Assembly (NCBI GenBank): GCA_037447605.1
Contig: CM074810.1
Coordinates: 3,692,880-3,756,879, forward strand
DNA from: Zygnema circumcarinatum SAG 698-1b
Taxonomy: Eukaryota > Plantae > Zygnematophyceae
Length of the DNA: 64,000 bases
Direction of reading: 5' to 3'
The notes under the pieces are model-generated. The model ran no database searches, was not told where the DNA came from, and saw only the letters and a list, made by a program, of their open reading frames with translations. Below are positions 18,886 through 32,403 of the stretch, piece by piece. Every line of letters starts with the position of its first letter. The stretch's first letter is position 1. Position numbers and translations under genes: made by a program.

Positions 18886-20808
18886 TGTTAGTGTTAGTGT
18901 ATGATAGTTAGACATTGTATGGCACACACTAACTTGTTGTGGTACTCAGTTTGTAGAACATGAGATCTGCTAGGCGTAGTGCTCTTAGATTTAGTAATGT
19001 CGGTGCTCTGACTTTGGTGAGTGCGCCGCGAGTGCGCGGAGTACGAACGAGCGGCGCTGATTGGTCGCGGTGGTGACACAAGTAAGTAGAGTACGAATGC
19101 GCAACTTTGATTGGTCGGCGCTGCCGCTGATTCTCGCGAAAGTACAGACGCCAAGGCTACTTCGATTGGTCGCGACGCGCTGAACGCTGAGCCGCCAGTT
19201 GCGGCGCTTGAAATCCATATGGAAGAGAGCTGGTGAAGCGAACCGAACGCGCCACGCGGACCACCGCTGATGTGGGTCCGCTGAGTTCGGAGTGTACGCC
19301 GGTGATGCTACGGGCTTAAGATCGCTGGGCGAGCGCCGGGCGTAAAACTACGAAACGTAAAGCATCTGACCTTTATGTACGCATCCTAATAAGAACTTCA
19401 GGGCCGGCGCCGTAGGTGCTTGGTTTAGGCAGCTAGCTAGTCGCTATTTCTGAGTGCGCCCACTCAGACTCGGTGCATGGGTTTGCAATGGCGGACGGGA
19501 CGTGACATGTGTGTCACGTCACGGACGCCATATTATATAGTGCGTAGTTTTATTATGGAAAAACCCCACCTACACTCACTGGCCATAGTCTCGGTCTTAC
19601 TCTCGTAACTCCTGCTCGTAAGCGTTAGGGCGTTTGCCACTTCTGTGTCGTGTGGAGGTGAGTAAGAGGGACCTTGAAGTGGTGGGAGAACTTCATTGTG
19701 GGAAGACAGCTTTTATTATAAGGAGTTTTAGAGCCGTGAGCTTTCTCCTAACACTCTCTCATTGTGATTTCATTTGTGCTTGTCTTTTAGCTTCATTCTC
19801 AGTTGTTATGGGCTACGAGTGAAGTAAGATAGAGCTTTGAGTGTTTGAATGTCTTCATCGTGGGAACTCAAGTTCCAATGGAGGGCTTACACCCGCAGGT
19901 GGCGCTGAAGTGGGGAGTGGTGACCCCCGCCAACAAGTGGTATCGTGAGCCCAAGGTGGCGAGGAAGACCACGTGAAGTTCAGCATCCCAGCGTTCGATG
20001 GTTCGGACTACAAGGGGTGGAGATGGCGGCTGGTTCCCTTGCTCGAGGGCAAGGGGCTGTTGGGGGCACGCTGACGGCACCACGAAGGCACCGTGCAGCT
20101 CTGGAGGGGAGCTGACGCGCTGAGCAGCAAATGGAAGTTCTACACAGCCGCCAGATGGAGTGACCAAGGACAACAAGGCCCCTCACCTGCATCGCCATGA
20201 GCGCGAGGGGAAGTCCTCTTCCATGCCGTATGACCTTAAGACTTCACATGCTATGTGGAGATGCTTAGAGGAGATGTATGACGTAAAGGATAACGTAACG
20301 ATAGTCAGCCTTTACACGTAGCTTGGGAAAATGAAGATGTCCTCGGAAGAGAAGCTGGGTGAATATATGGTCAGATTTTACACCTAATGGAGAGACCAAG
20401 GCCACAAAACCGCGAGGGAGACCTCATAAAACCGCCAGTTTCTAGGGGACCGCTCGGCCGACTCATGTAGCGCGCTTGCAGCTCTTAGGACTGTTCTAAC
20501 AAACACCGTGATGACCCTTGAGCAAGTGAAACGAAGGATCAAGGAGGAGAACACTGTCCAAGACGTTGGAGGCATCGAGGAGAAGGTGTTGGCGCTTGCA
20601 CTCACGCATAAGTTCGGCGAGGAAGTGTGCGCCGGTGAGCGTACCGGTGGGGAACACTTGGCGGAGCCGCGTTACACGTAAGGCGAAGACGGGCCACTGG
20701 CCGAACAAGCATAAAAACAAGAACACCCAAGATCGGGGTGGAGGAGCATCGTCATCCGTCAAGAAGGGATTCAAGGGAATCTGCTTCAAATGCAAGAAGC
20801 GAGGCCAC

Positions 20809-23800
20809 TGTTGGTGGAGGGACTCCTCCACTGCTGCCGGCTTCTCCACTCGCATCACCTTCCATCGGAGTTCGCTGCCCACCGAGCAGTATGATATTTC
20901 CAAACTCTCACATTCACTCTGCGAAATTTCATTTTACTCTACAGAGTGAACCCTACGTATCATGCACAGCGAATAACAGAGAGAAAAAGGGATACAGAGA
21001 AAAGCTCTCGGCTCTAAAACTCCTTAATAATGATCTTAACACCACAATTGAGAGATCCCTTTAACTAGCCCAATAAACTCAAAAGCCCACTATCAGCACA
21101 GCTAAAGTGCAGAGTGTCAAGCAACATGGAGCAGGAGCCTCCAGAGTCTTACAACAGCTACGCTGGTGATCCGAGAAGTTAAGAAACAACCAAACAAAAA
21201 CAACACACTACATATGATGTCACAACATTTGCTGCACTACAGACAACGGTGCTACAGAAACACGGGTGAGCGGCCCCGTGGAAGGGCCCCATCCGGTCTT
21301 GCTGATCCCTTGCGTCGGATCCCCGTCGGCCACACGGATCCCTGTACTGTTTCTCGTCAGGTTTGGACCGGCCTCTAAGCTAATCCACGTCTGCGCGAAG
21401 GCACCGATGAGGTCTTCACACCATGACGCGCTAAGCTCCGTGGTTGTCACGCGATCGCACATCTGATGGCCGCTCCGCACATGAACGGCGATTGTGTGCC
21501 GACATTCTGACGCCGGATTCGCCGCCAAGTCCGGGGCTTGGTCAGCCGAAGTTGACTGCTGCCGCCGCCAGTTCGATCGCGCGCATTGCGCCGCTGCGTT
21601 AGCTTCAATTTGCCTTGCCGCCGCCCGCTGCCATACCGTTTTGAGTTTGCTGCCCGCGCCTCGCCACTTCTGACCCCGCCGCTCGTCCTTCCACGACTAA
21701 TGTCCGATCGCCGCGACCAACTTAGACGCGCTCACCGCGCAAAGGAAACACACAACACAAACACACAAAACTAATGTTCCAAACAAAAGCATGCTAACCA
21801 TCATACACTAACAATCCCCCTCTTTGTAAAGTCTAGTTTTGCGCGGGCCCCAGCCCGATCAACCTCCCCGTTGACTAACACTGTTTCCCACTATCCTTCT
21901 TTGTCACACATCTGCTGCTCTCTGGTGCCATTGGTTCCACCTCAATCAAGCCCCTCCTCGACCGGTCTTGGACGCAATGGCACTGCACCTGAATGTGCTT
22001 GGTCCTCTTGTGGAACACCGGGTTCCCCACCAGGGCAATCGATGATTGATTGTCGGTAAATAAAGTGATCGGATGTTGGTCCCTTTTGCATTCCCCAAAG
22101 AACTGCAAGAGCCAAACTCCTTCCTTCGAAGCATGACAAGCACCTGATGTACTTGCCCTCCGTGTTGAGAATGCCACCGAGTCCCTGCAACTCTGGAACT
22201 CCATGAAGTCGCTCCCTCCATTTAGGCAACAAAATCCTTGAAGTCGAGTGCTACCTATCCATTCCTCTTGAATCTGAGCCGCACAGCCAATTACTCTGGT
22301 GGTCCTCTCATACCTAATTCCAGATCGGTGCCCCTTCAACACACTTGAAATCCTCTTCACCGGCTCCTATGCTCTAGCCCGCATTCTCCATGAATCGGCT
22401 GGCCGAGCTCACCGCTTTCGCCAAGTCCGGACGCGTTCCGATCATCAAGTACATTAGACTCCCAATCGCGGATCTGTATGGCACTCCGAACATCTTCTGT
22501 GCCTTCGCATCTGTCGAAGGTGAAATCTCCTTCGATAGCCTAGTGCCTACCTCCATGGGGCTGGAGCATGGCCTAGAATCCTCCATTCGAAAACGGGCAA
22601 GCACATCTGAAGCATACTTCTTTTGACATAGAAACAAGCTTCCATCCTGCCCCCTCTTCAGCTGCATTCCTAGCAGATACTGCGCCTCCCCCAAATCTGA
22701 CATCTTGAAATTTGCTTGAAGCAATTCCTTCAAAGATCTGATTCTTTCAAGGGAGAGGCTCACCATGATGATATCGCCCAGACACACTCTGAACCGAACA
22801 TGATGCCCTGCCCCTCCTCTACACGGTACACCGGGTGAGGGACCCGTCCTCAAACCAGCAAAATCATTCTCTCTTAAAAATATTGTCACTCCTTTGACCA
22901 CATTTTTGGTGCCGGCTCCAAGCCGCACAGGCTCTTCACCAGCCAGACTAGGTGCTCCTTCCCGGGGACGACCTTCCCCTCCGGCTGCTCCATGTAAATC
23001 TCTTCCGTGAGATCACCATACAGAAATGCCGTCTTGATGTCCAATTGATGGACGTGCATTNCTTCAGCCGCTGCAANGGAAATCAAGGCTCTCAGGGAAT
23101 TGAACTTTACCACTGGAGCGAACGTCTCCATGTAGTCAATCCCACACGCTGCTGGTCCCTCCGCGACTAAACGCGCCGGCACTGATCCACGTTTCCGCCG
23201 CCTTCTGCTGACTTTGAAGACCCACTCAGCGACAGCCGCGCCCCGAGCAGCCCTCCGTGCTCCACGCCGTCCGACCCACCTGCCCATTCGCTATCAGTCG
23301 GAACCTTGCCATTACCGCGATCGGTTGCGTGCGCCCCTCAAGGCTCCGTGGTTCATCACTGAAAGAATGGGCAACTCCCAGCAGGTCAGCCGAATTGACG
23401 GCATCTTTCTTGATCAGATTGGTACCAGGCGAGCGACCGGCCGTCCTCGTGTCCTTGCCTCTCCTGCTTGCCTTTCGCACTCTTTGCCCTTCTGCAGAAG
23501 TAGAGTCCGGAACAAAACCTGGGGGCATGCTTCGTGAAGCACCTTGTCTCCCTCTTGGCGCTTCAAGATCCTTTGACTTGCGCGTGAAGCGGGTTGCCTC
23601 CATCGAGTTTCTCTTCACCACCGGAGTGAGTGTGAGGGGGGAACCGTCCCTGCCACTTCGCCCGCCTCCGCAGCGTGGTCGATCCTGCGCCTCTTCATCT
23701 ACTGTGTCTGCTGTTATCATCGCTGCCGCCGCTTGGCTCCTTCACGTCGACTGTGCCGGCATCCCCTGACAGGACCCATCCTCCTCCAAATCTTCTCCCT

Positions 23801-26800
23801 CCCTCGACACCATCTCCAGTCGGCCTCCACCAGGCAAGACCCAAGAGCCCCGCAACACGCTCAACCACACCATCTTCATCACTTGCACTGTCTCCGCCCG
23901 GAGAACCTCCTTCAGCCAGGGTTCCAAACCCGCAGGTGCGGCTGCTGGTGTTGTAGCCGAGCACGTAGCCCTCCACGGCTCGGGGGTCGAATTTCTTCTT
24001 CTGTCGCGCCTTGGGCAGTGCAGCCCAGCATCGCGCGCCAAAGGTCCTCAGGTGGGAAACTGTGGGCTTCCTCCCACTCCACATCTGCTCAGGGACCTGG
24101 TCTTTCAGAACAGAAGACGGACATCTGTTCCTAATGTAAGCAGCCGTAGAAACTGCTTCTCCCCAAAAGGAAGCCGGAAAGGGGGAATCAATCAACATGG
24201 TCCTGTGATGTCCCCCAATGTTTGATCGATACGTCAACCGTCCATTACTCTGTGGGGATAGGGGGCTGAGAATTCATGCCTACACGCGGTTCTTCAGAAC
24301 GCCTCATTCCTCTCGATTTGAGTCGCCATCATTGTCTGAAACGAAAGCCTCCAGCTTCAGTCCGTTCTGCCCCCTCGTCGTGGTTCAGCCAGTCTCGAAA
24401 GGCTCCAAAAGCCTCTGCACTTGTCTTCAGTGTAATCCAAATCTTCCTTGAAACCGCCAATAAAGGTGACGAAGATCGCGCCCGCCACCGGTCGGTGTAA
24501 CTGGGCCATACAAACCTAGATATTCCAACTTTCTCCGTGCGCGAGGCCTTGTCTCCACCTTCACGAATGGTCTCCTGAACCGCTGCCCTCCACACATTCA
24601 TGGCAATCTCAGTGCCTTTCTTCATTACACCGGGTCACCTACGACTAGCCCCCTCCCAGTCGAAAAAGCTTCATGCCTCCGCGGTGTAAGTGTTCAAGTC
24701 TACGATGCCATACATCCACATGGTTCTAACTGCATCTGCGCTGCTGGCTACTCTCCCCTCTATAATCAAGAGAATAGAGCCCTTCCCTCCTCATAACCCC
24801 TGAAAGACCCGTCTCCCAGCTTCTTGAGTGGATAAGTCATGCATGACTTCTCCTCAAACAGAACACTGTATCCCTTCTTGCACACTTGGCTCACAGACAT
24901 GAAATTCTGCATGAAGCCAGGGGTGTGAAGAACATCACCAATTGACAGTTTTTCCTCAATGTCTTTTTCATTGATGACTGAGCCGTCTTCGAGGACCATC
25001 CTCACGGCTCCACCTCTTGTCACGGTGACTCCTTCACCAGTTGCTGAATGGACTGAGTTTGTCTTCTCCACGTTGTCGAGCTTGGAGAACATCGATGTGT
25101 CCCTGCACATGTGTGTGGATGCGCCGGAGTCAATTAGCCACAGCCGCTTCAGGTCCTCTGCCTGAATCCTTCCCACAAAATCGTGCTCAGTATTCTCTGC
25201 CAGTATGAGGTTGCTTTCAACTGCTACCTTACAGTCTGAACTCTTGTGACCTCTCTTCCTGCAGTCAAGAAGGCCGCCGATGCTTCTTCTCCTCCCGATG
25301 AGTCGCGTTCCTCCCTCTCAGGACCGCCCGCTTGCAGCCGCGGAAGTAGCGGCCGGTCTGCCACATGTGAAGCATGTCACATTCGGGCGTTCCTCTGGCT
25401 GATTCGAGTGTCTTTCTCTTCGATTCGGTCAGTGTGTAAACTCAGACTTTCCCTTGGCCGTTCATCCTAAATTGAATCCCTCCTTCCTTTATTTGACGTT
25501 AACTTGTTCGAGTTGCCATAGAAGGTATTGGTCAGAACCGTCCCTCAGGTGCCATCTAAACTCCCAATCTTTGTAAACCCCTAATAGCTGGCTGTCATCT
25601 ATGGTCTGATCTGAACGGTTTCCTAAGGCTATGAATCTTCTATCAATGCATCAAATTTGCCATATAAGCTTCGAGTCTTCCTTTGAAGTCATCTTCATCT
25701 TGCCGGTTCAAGGTGTATGAACTATAGTCACATTGTCTTTCACATCATACATCTCCTCTAGACACTTCCACATAGCATGAGAGGTTTTCAGATCATACAG
25801 CATAGAGGATGGACTTCCTCTTACGCTCATAACAATCTGCGTCAGGGCTTTGTTGTCCTTGGCCTTCCATCGTGCGAGCGCCACGTCGTGCTCCGACTGC
25901 TGCTCCGCTGAGGCTCCAACCGGTAACTCCGGCGCCTTGATGCTGCCATCAACGTACCCAAGCAACCCTTTGCCCACAAGCAAAGGCACCAACCTCCATC
26001 TCCACGCTTTGTAATCCTGCCCATCGAACGCCGGTATGCTGAACTTGACGTGGTCCTCCGAGTCTCCATGAGCTCTGATACCACTTGTTGGTGCAGGGAC
26101 TCCTCCACTGCTGCCGGCTTCTCCACTCGCATCACCTTCCATCGGAGTTCGCGTTCCAATCGATGATGACATTTCCCAAACTCTCACATTCACTCATAGC
26201 CCATTTTACTCACAGAGTGAACCTCTCAGAACATGCATTGGATAAGCAGAGACAGAAAAAATACAGAGAAAGCTCTCGGCTCAAAACTCCTTAATAATAA
26301 CCCTATCAACACAAAATGAGAGACCCCCTCAAATAGCCCAATAAACTTAAATGACCGCAGCACAAGCAAGGAAGTTACAACACGAGCAGCAGCTGCCTGA
26401 GTTCACAGACAGCTACGCTGATTGAGAAGTTAAGATAAACAACCAAACAAAAACAACATATGATATACTATGTCACAACATCCGTGACACTACACAGCAT
26501 AGTTGAAGCTTATAGACACGGTGAGCGGCTGTAACCCATCCGATCCTGCATCCTGCGCGTCGCATCCTCGCGGCTTACACGGACCCGGCGCTTCCTCCGC
26601 CAGATCCACTGGCCAGGCGAATCCACGCCTTGCCGCTGGAGCATCGTCGTGCCAGATTGATGACGCGTCACTTTGCTGCATGCGATTGACATTGACGCCG
26701 CTGCCACAATGGACGTTGCGCCGCCGACATTTCGACGCGGATCGCCGCCAAGTCCGGAATCGCCCACCGAAGGCTGATGCCGCCGCCGTCAGTTCTGACT

Positions 26801-27030
26801 TTGCGCCACTTGCGCGCCGCGCCAGTCTTCAATCGTTGCCGCCCGCGCCATGCCACTTCCCAACTCGCGTCGCCGCTCGTCACTCCTGACCGTCGCGTCG
26901 CCCTTCCGGGACCGATGAGTGTCCGGCCGCCGGCATGAACTGAGGTGCGCGCACCCCGCCAATAAACACACAACACAAACACACAAAACTAATGTTCCAA
27001 CAAAAGCATGCTAACTATCATACACTAACA
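20809..27030 (-). mobile_element. Ty1/copia LTR retrotransposon B, nested in inverted orientation in the gag zinc knuckle of A
   Basis: 5' LTR 26086-27030. Canonical tRNA-Met PBS TGGTATCAGAGC (26072-26083, minus). Gag (KFSIPAFDG..Y..WRW), protease LIDSGASTHMC, integrase, RT (DYMETFAPVVK, LDIKTAFLYG), RNase H (TDNQSSIAL..NPVFHKRTKHI). PPT 21814-21826. 3' LTR 20809-21813. TSD GCCAC (20804-20808 and 27031-27035). Confidence 0.95.
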
Positions 27031-27053
27031 GCCACAAGAGCACGGATTGCAGA

Positions 27054-30000
27054 GTGGCGGTGGAGACGAATCTCATGCTGACTGAACATTCTGATTTTGT
27101 TGGGAAGATCCAGGTTGCGGATCTGAAGCGGCCATGGCTGATTGACTCTGGCGCTTCCACGCACATGTGTGGCGACAAGCGAATGTTCTCTACGCTGGAC
27201 ACCTTGGAGAGGACCAGATCTGTTCACTCGGCAACCGGAGAGGGAGTGACAGTTACAAAGGGAGGAGTAGTAAAGATGATCCTCGGAGACGGCTCTGTCA
27301 TCTACGAAGAAGAAAGAGAAGAGCGGTTGTGCATCGGTGACGTACTTCACACCCCTGATCTGAAACAGAACTTCATGTCAGTCAGTCAAGTATGTAAGAG
27401 GGGGTACGAAGTCACCTTTAAGGAGAAGTCTTGCGTAGCTACTCACTTGGAGTCGGGGAAGCGGCTGTTTGAGGGGTACGAGAAGGGAGGCCTATATTAC
27501 CTTCATTATAGGAGAGAAGAAGATGAGGGTGTGATGGCCGTAACTGAGGGTGCAATAAATCTCTGGCATCGTAGACTTGGTCATCTAAACCATAGGGGAC
27601 TGCAACAGCTTGCTACAAGGGGGCTGGTACGCGGGTTAGACATTGACATAGTTGAGAAGGAGCTAGGCTTTTGCAAAGAGTGTGTAGAGGGGAAGGCGCA
27701 TCGGAGACCCTTTTCGAGGAGTGGAGAGGAGTCATTTCACGCGCAGGAGAAACTAGAATTGGTACATACCGATTTGTGTGGCCCCGTGACACCGGCAACA
27801 AGTGGAGGAGCTCGCTACTTCATCACCTTCATTGATGATTTTTTGAGGAAAATTTGGGTGAAAATTTCAAAGAGGAGCTCAATTTTCAGCTTTCAAAGAA
27901 TTGGAGACCGACATGAGCGAGAGCGTTTAGAACTTGAGACACTGCCGCTCACACAACGGAGGGGCATTCAATCGAAGCAGTTTCGCGGTACTCTGAAGGC
28001 TCTGCAATAAGGATGGATGATCGCCCTGCTCAAAGTAATGGAGCTGCTGGACAGGGTCACATATGCTTGGGGGACATGGCACGAACCATGCTGATAGATT
28101 CCCCCTTCCCGGCATCTTTTTGGGGAGAGGCGGTGATGACTGCCACTTACCTTAGAAATAGATGCCCATCTTTTGTGCTTAAGGATCAGGTTCCTGAAGA
28201 GGTGGGCAGCGGGAGGAAACCCACGGTGTCCCACCCTGAAGACCTCCGGAGCGCGCTGCTGTCGACATGCCCCAGGGCGAGGCAGCAAGAGAAAGTTCGA
28301 CCTTGAGCGTGGAAGGGTACCTTCCCAGCCATCACTGGAGGCCGGACCCATCGGGTGCTGGACCCCCAGCAAACGAGAGCTGGATAGCTTTGAGCACGCC
28401 ACGGTGCACGCAGAAGAGTGGCTCAGCTGACAGGCTGAGACCGCACCCCAAGGCAGGCTTTGTAGTTTGTAGGATCCAGCATGTGGAGACCAGCGAAGAG
28501 GCATGGACGCCTTCCAGGCTACACCTGCGAGAGCAGACCACATGCCGCGACAGCGCGGAGCGAAGCCAAGCAACGCCGAACGTGGAGGCGGCCGTGGGAG
28601 TTGACCCCGAGGAGCCGCAAGCGGGGGAGCCGCAACCGTCGACGGAGACGACACCACTACACACTCACCTGTCCGACGAGGAGAACTCGGCCGAAACTGT
28701 ACCTTTGCATGGGCAGGAGTCTGAGGATTTGGAGACGGCTGAGAAAGAGGCTATGTTGTCGAGCATGCCTCTCGGGTTTGTCCCGGGGATTTTCTTCAAC
28801 ACGAGGAGCCGGAGAGCGCAGGGACCTTGGAGGAGCACCTGTGTGGTGAGGAGGCTTGTCATGAGAGGGCCTCCCAGATGAATCTAGAACAGGAAGGTGC
28901 CTGTACATGTGCTTGGACCTTTGCGGCTGCGGACGCTTCATGACCACCGAACCACAAACCTTTGAGAGGGTGACGACGGGGTCGACTGGAGAGAAGTGGC
29001 GAGAGTGGTTCCACAGGCGAGCTGGCAGAGGCTTGCTACAGACGGATGCGACTCGAGGGCCGCCAGGGAAGGAGGGCCATTGGATGCAAGTGGGTGTTCA
29101 AGGTGAAGCGAAAGGCGGACGGGAGCGTCGACCGTTACAAGGCGCGTCTGGTGGCAAAGGGCTTCAACCAAGCGTACGGAATCGACTACACGGAGACCTT
29201 CGCCCCCGTGGTGAAGTTCAACTCCCTCCGTGCCCTAATATCGATTGCAGCGGCCGAGGGGATGCACGTACATCAACTCGATATCAAGACCGCGTTTCTG
29301 TACGGAGATCTCGCTGAGGAGATCTACATGGTACAGCCCGAAGGGAAAGTTGTCCCGGGGCAGGAGCATCTCGTTTGTTGTCTTGTGAAGAGTTTGTACG
29401 GACTGAAACAGGCGCCCAGGATTTGGTACGAGAAAATTGATGACCTCTTGAGGAGTAACGGATTTGCGCGATTCGAGACGGATCATTCCGTCTACCGACA
29501 AGGGGAAGAGGCGGATCTCATGTACGTTGGGATCTACGTGGACGACCTCATAATGGTGAGCCTCTCATTGGAGAGAATCAATGATTTGAAACAGCTTTTG
29601 GAAGCTAACTTCAAAATGTCGAATCCTAGGGGAGGACAGGATTCTCTGAGGAACGTAGGCCAAGAGGGGGCAGTGGATTGGCATCATTTCCTTTGTTGAG
29701 AAGAAGCACGCCGAACACTTGCCAGTGTTTAAGTGAGGAGCCGCCGCCCGAGTCCCATGGGGATACTCGGAACGCCATTGTTGAAGACGATGATGGCCGC
29801 AGATGCGGAGGTACAGAGAATGTACGGAGTCCCGCAGATCGGCAATCGGAATCAACGTACCCATGGATAGGTACTCGTCTGACCGCGAGCGCGAGCCCAG
29901 GGAGAGTCGGCCACCAGAATCCCGGTCTGACATTGGGAGGCCGTGAACCGGATCTTCACATCGCTGAAAGGGACCCCTGGATCACGGCCCGATGTTCGAG

Positions 30001-30400
30001 AGGGGGCCGACTAGAAGTGATCCAGCACACCGATCACACCGGCAGGTGGACGTGGGTGTCACGATCGACGTCAGCATTCGTGTCCTACGGCAGAGCCTAC
30101 TCATGGAGTCGAAGTTACAGATTCGTGCGCTGCGACACCCAAGGAGAGTACATGGGAGCGTGCCACGCAGCGAAGGAGGGGATGTGGTTCCAACATTTCT
30201 TTGATGAATGTAAGCGACCACAAACACCATTGACTCTTTTTACGGACAACCAGTCATCTATAGCTCTTATGGAAAACCCTGTGTTCCATAAAAGAACCAA
30301 GCACATTAGGGTGCAATATCATTATGTGCGAGAGTTGGTAGAGGAAGGGATGATAGTGGTGAAGCTGAAGGAACAAAAGAGTAGGCCATATGCTGCATGA
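27054..30400 (+). pseudogene. Frameshifted copia pol of element A (protease, GAG-pre-integrase, integrase, RT, RNase H)
   Basis: WLIDSGASTHMC, LWHRRLGHLN, LELVHTDLCGP, YFITFIDDF, KWVFKVKRKADGSVDRYKARLVAKGF, YGLKQAPRIW, IYVDDLI, NPVFHKRTKHIRVQYHYVRE spread over several broken frames. Confidence 0.95.
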
Positions 30401-31487
30401 AGGGGGCTCACTGGTAGCACTACTAGTGAATAACAATGCCATTGGGCCAGGGCCCATGAGGAACCGAATCCCAGAGGGGATTGCCTGTAGTGTCAGGTGT
30501 ATGAGAGTTAGGACATCGTATGGCACACACTAACTTGTTGTGGTATCGAGCGAGTACACGATATCTGCGAGGCGTAGTGCTTCAGCATCAGTAATGTCGG
30601 TATTTTCCCGACTTCGGTGAGTGCGCCGCGAGTGCGCAGTACGACGAGCCGTCTACGGGGCCGGTGGTGACAGCAAGTAAGTGGAGTACGAATGTCGCAA
30701 CTTTGATTGGTCGAGGTGTGGTCGCTTGGATCTCGGCGAGTATGAGTTGCGCGACTCTGACTGGTTGCGATGCGACGCCAATGCGCAACTGGAACGCGGC
30801 TGACCACATGCAAAGACATCTGGCGCGAACTCGGAACGTGCGATGGACGACTGGATGGCGATCGATCAGTGTACTGTCGTATACGGCGGTCGACACCTGC
30901 GAAGGAGCTGGCTGAACGCAAAAGAGCACGGGAATCGGATGTACGACCCGCACAAAGAAACTAGGTCGGCCGCCGCCGGCAGACTCGACGCGTAGTCAGC
31001 CAGCTGCTATTTCTGAGTGCGCCCACTCAGACTCAGTGCATAGGTTTGCAATGGCGGACGCGACGTGACATGTGTGTCACGTCACGGACGCCATATTATA
31101 TAGTGCGTAGCTTCATCACTGGAAAAACCTGCACCCACATGACCCCGTCATAGTCTCGGGTTTACCAGAACGCCCGCTGCCAGGCCGCCCACACTTGTGT
31201 CGCGGTGAGGTAGTGAGTAAGAGGGACCTTGAAAGTGGTGGGAGAACTTCATTTGTGGGAAGACAGCTTCATCATAAGGAAATCCAGAGCCGTGAGTTTC
31301 TCCTGAGCATTTCTCATTGTGATTTCCGCGTGCTTGTCTTTTAGCTTCATTCTGTTGTTATGGGCGATGAGTGAAGTAAGATAGAGCTTTGAGTGTTTGA
31401 ATGTCTTCATCCGTGGGAACTCAAGTTCCAATGGAGGGCGACACCCGAGGTGGCGCCGGAAGTGGGGAGCAGACCCCTGCTTCAACA

Positions 31488-31764
31488 TTTAATAGCTTGA
31501 CCAAGGATATAGCAAGTTTGTCTTCAGTCAAGGAAGTGTTCAAGGCCAACCAGACGATAGTTTTCTTCAACAGGTCTCACTTTTGGAGTTCAACTCTGAA
31601 GAAATGGATGAAATTGGCAAACATCAAGAGGTGGCTTTCAACCTTTTGTGAGACATGTTGGTATTCTATCACCGCATGTGAAACATCGAAGAATTTGAGG
31701 AAGGATTCAAAACACTGCTTGTAGGTGATACAGACAATCCTAGTGCGGAGATGTGTAGGAAAAA
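31488..31764 (+). pseudogene. hAT transposase continuation after copia A
   Basis: Removing A restores CILHTFNSLTKDIA...FFNRSH...TCWYS (degenerate TRWxS motif). One frameshift follows, then the LTR at 31765 cuts the sequence. Confidence 0.85.
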
Positions 31765-32403
31765 TGTTACAGCCACTCGGGACGCCACGCGCACCACGAG
31801 ACCCGTACGGTTCACCGGCACCATCGTCAGCTCTGGTCGAAGTCGGGACTGCCCGGAGACCGACATACTAAGACGCGCGCGCACGGCACTGCCCGCGCTC
31901 GGCGGGCGCGCGCCAGAATGTCGGTGTCGTGTGCCCAGAGCTGCGTCTGCATGCGCGTGCGCACATGCGACGACGCCATCCTTGCGCTGGATGGCCTCGG
32001 CCGAGCGCTGAGCCACCGACGTGCGAGGCGCCACGGGCTACTCCAGCCACGCGGCGTCTCGCCAGTGTGGCCCTGCCTTCCGTCCCTCACGTGGGGAGAG
32101 TGTTCACGGGGAGTGCACAAGGGGCTGGGAACATGCCAGTGGGAGCTCAGCCCGCAACCAGCATCCCCCTCCTTCCCCTCCTCCTCGGCAGCTGTCAACC
32201 TGCTTCTGGGCCCTCACTACATTGGTATCAGAACCACTTTTCGGTCTTGGGGGATTGCTTCACTGTCTACCATGGTTACCACGCGCGCATGCGGAACTGG
32301 GGAGCCGGCACCATCGGACCCGCCGCCGTTACCCGTACCTCCTCCACCACCACTACCGGCACCTGCTGACCCCGCCATGGGTGGGGTTTGGGGTCATGTT
32401 TGA
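31765..32403 (+). mobile_element. LTR retrotransposon C (probably Ty3/gypsy): 5' LTR, PBS and gag start
   Basis: TGTTACA...CACTACA, 457 bp (31765-32221). PBS TGGTATCAGA 32223-32232. Gag-like start MVTTRA at 32272. Partner LTR not visible in the window. Confidence 0.7.

Larger units (their letters stand above)
18886..31487 (+). mobile_element. Ty1/copia LTR retrotransposon A (interrupted by element B)
   Basis: 5' LTR 18886-19935 (TG...CA). PBS TGGTATCGTGAGC 19938-19950. Gag to 20808, resuming at 27031. Pol in PR-IN-RT-RH order. PPT AGAGGGGAT about 30473-30481. 3' LTR 30482-31487. 5-bp TSD TTTAA (18881-18885 and 31488-31492). Confidence 0.93.

Noticed and set aside
19800-19825. GTTATGGGC as a Drosophila-copia-type half-tRNA PBS, implying tandem LTR-internal-LTR arrays
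   Set aside because: Canonical TGGTATC PBS sites, TG...CA ends and exact 5-bp TSDs place this motif and the gag start inside the LTR.
18886-31487. Dating insertions from LTR-LTR divergence
   Set aside because: The inner, younger element B has LTRs at least as divergent and indel-rich as those of A. This points to unpolished long-read error, so ages and pseudogene status from this assembly are unreliable.
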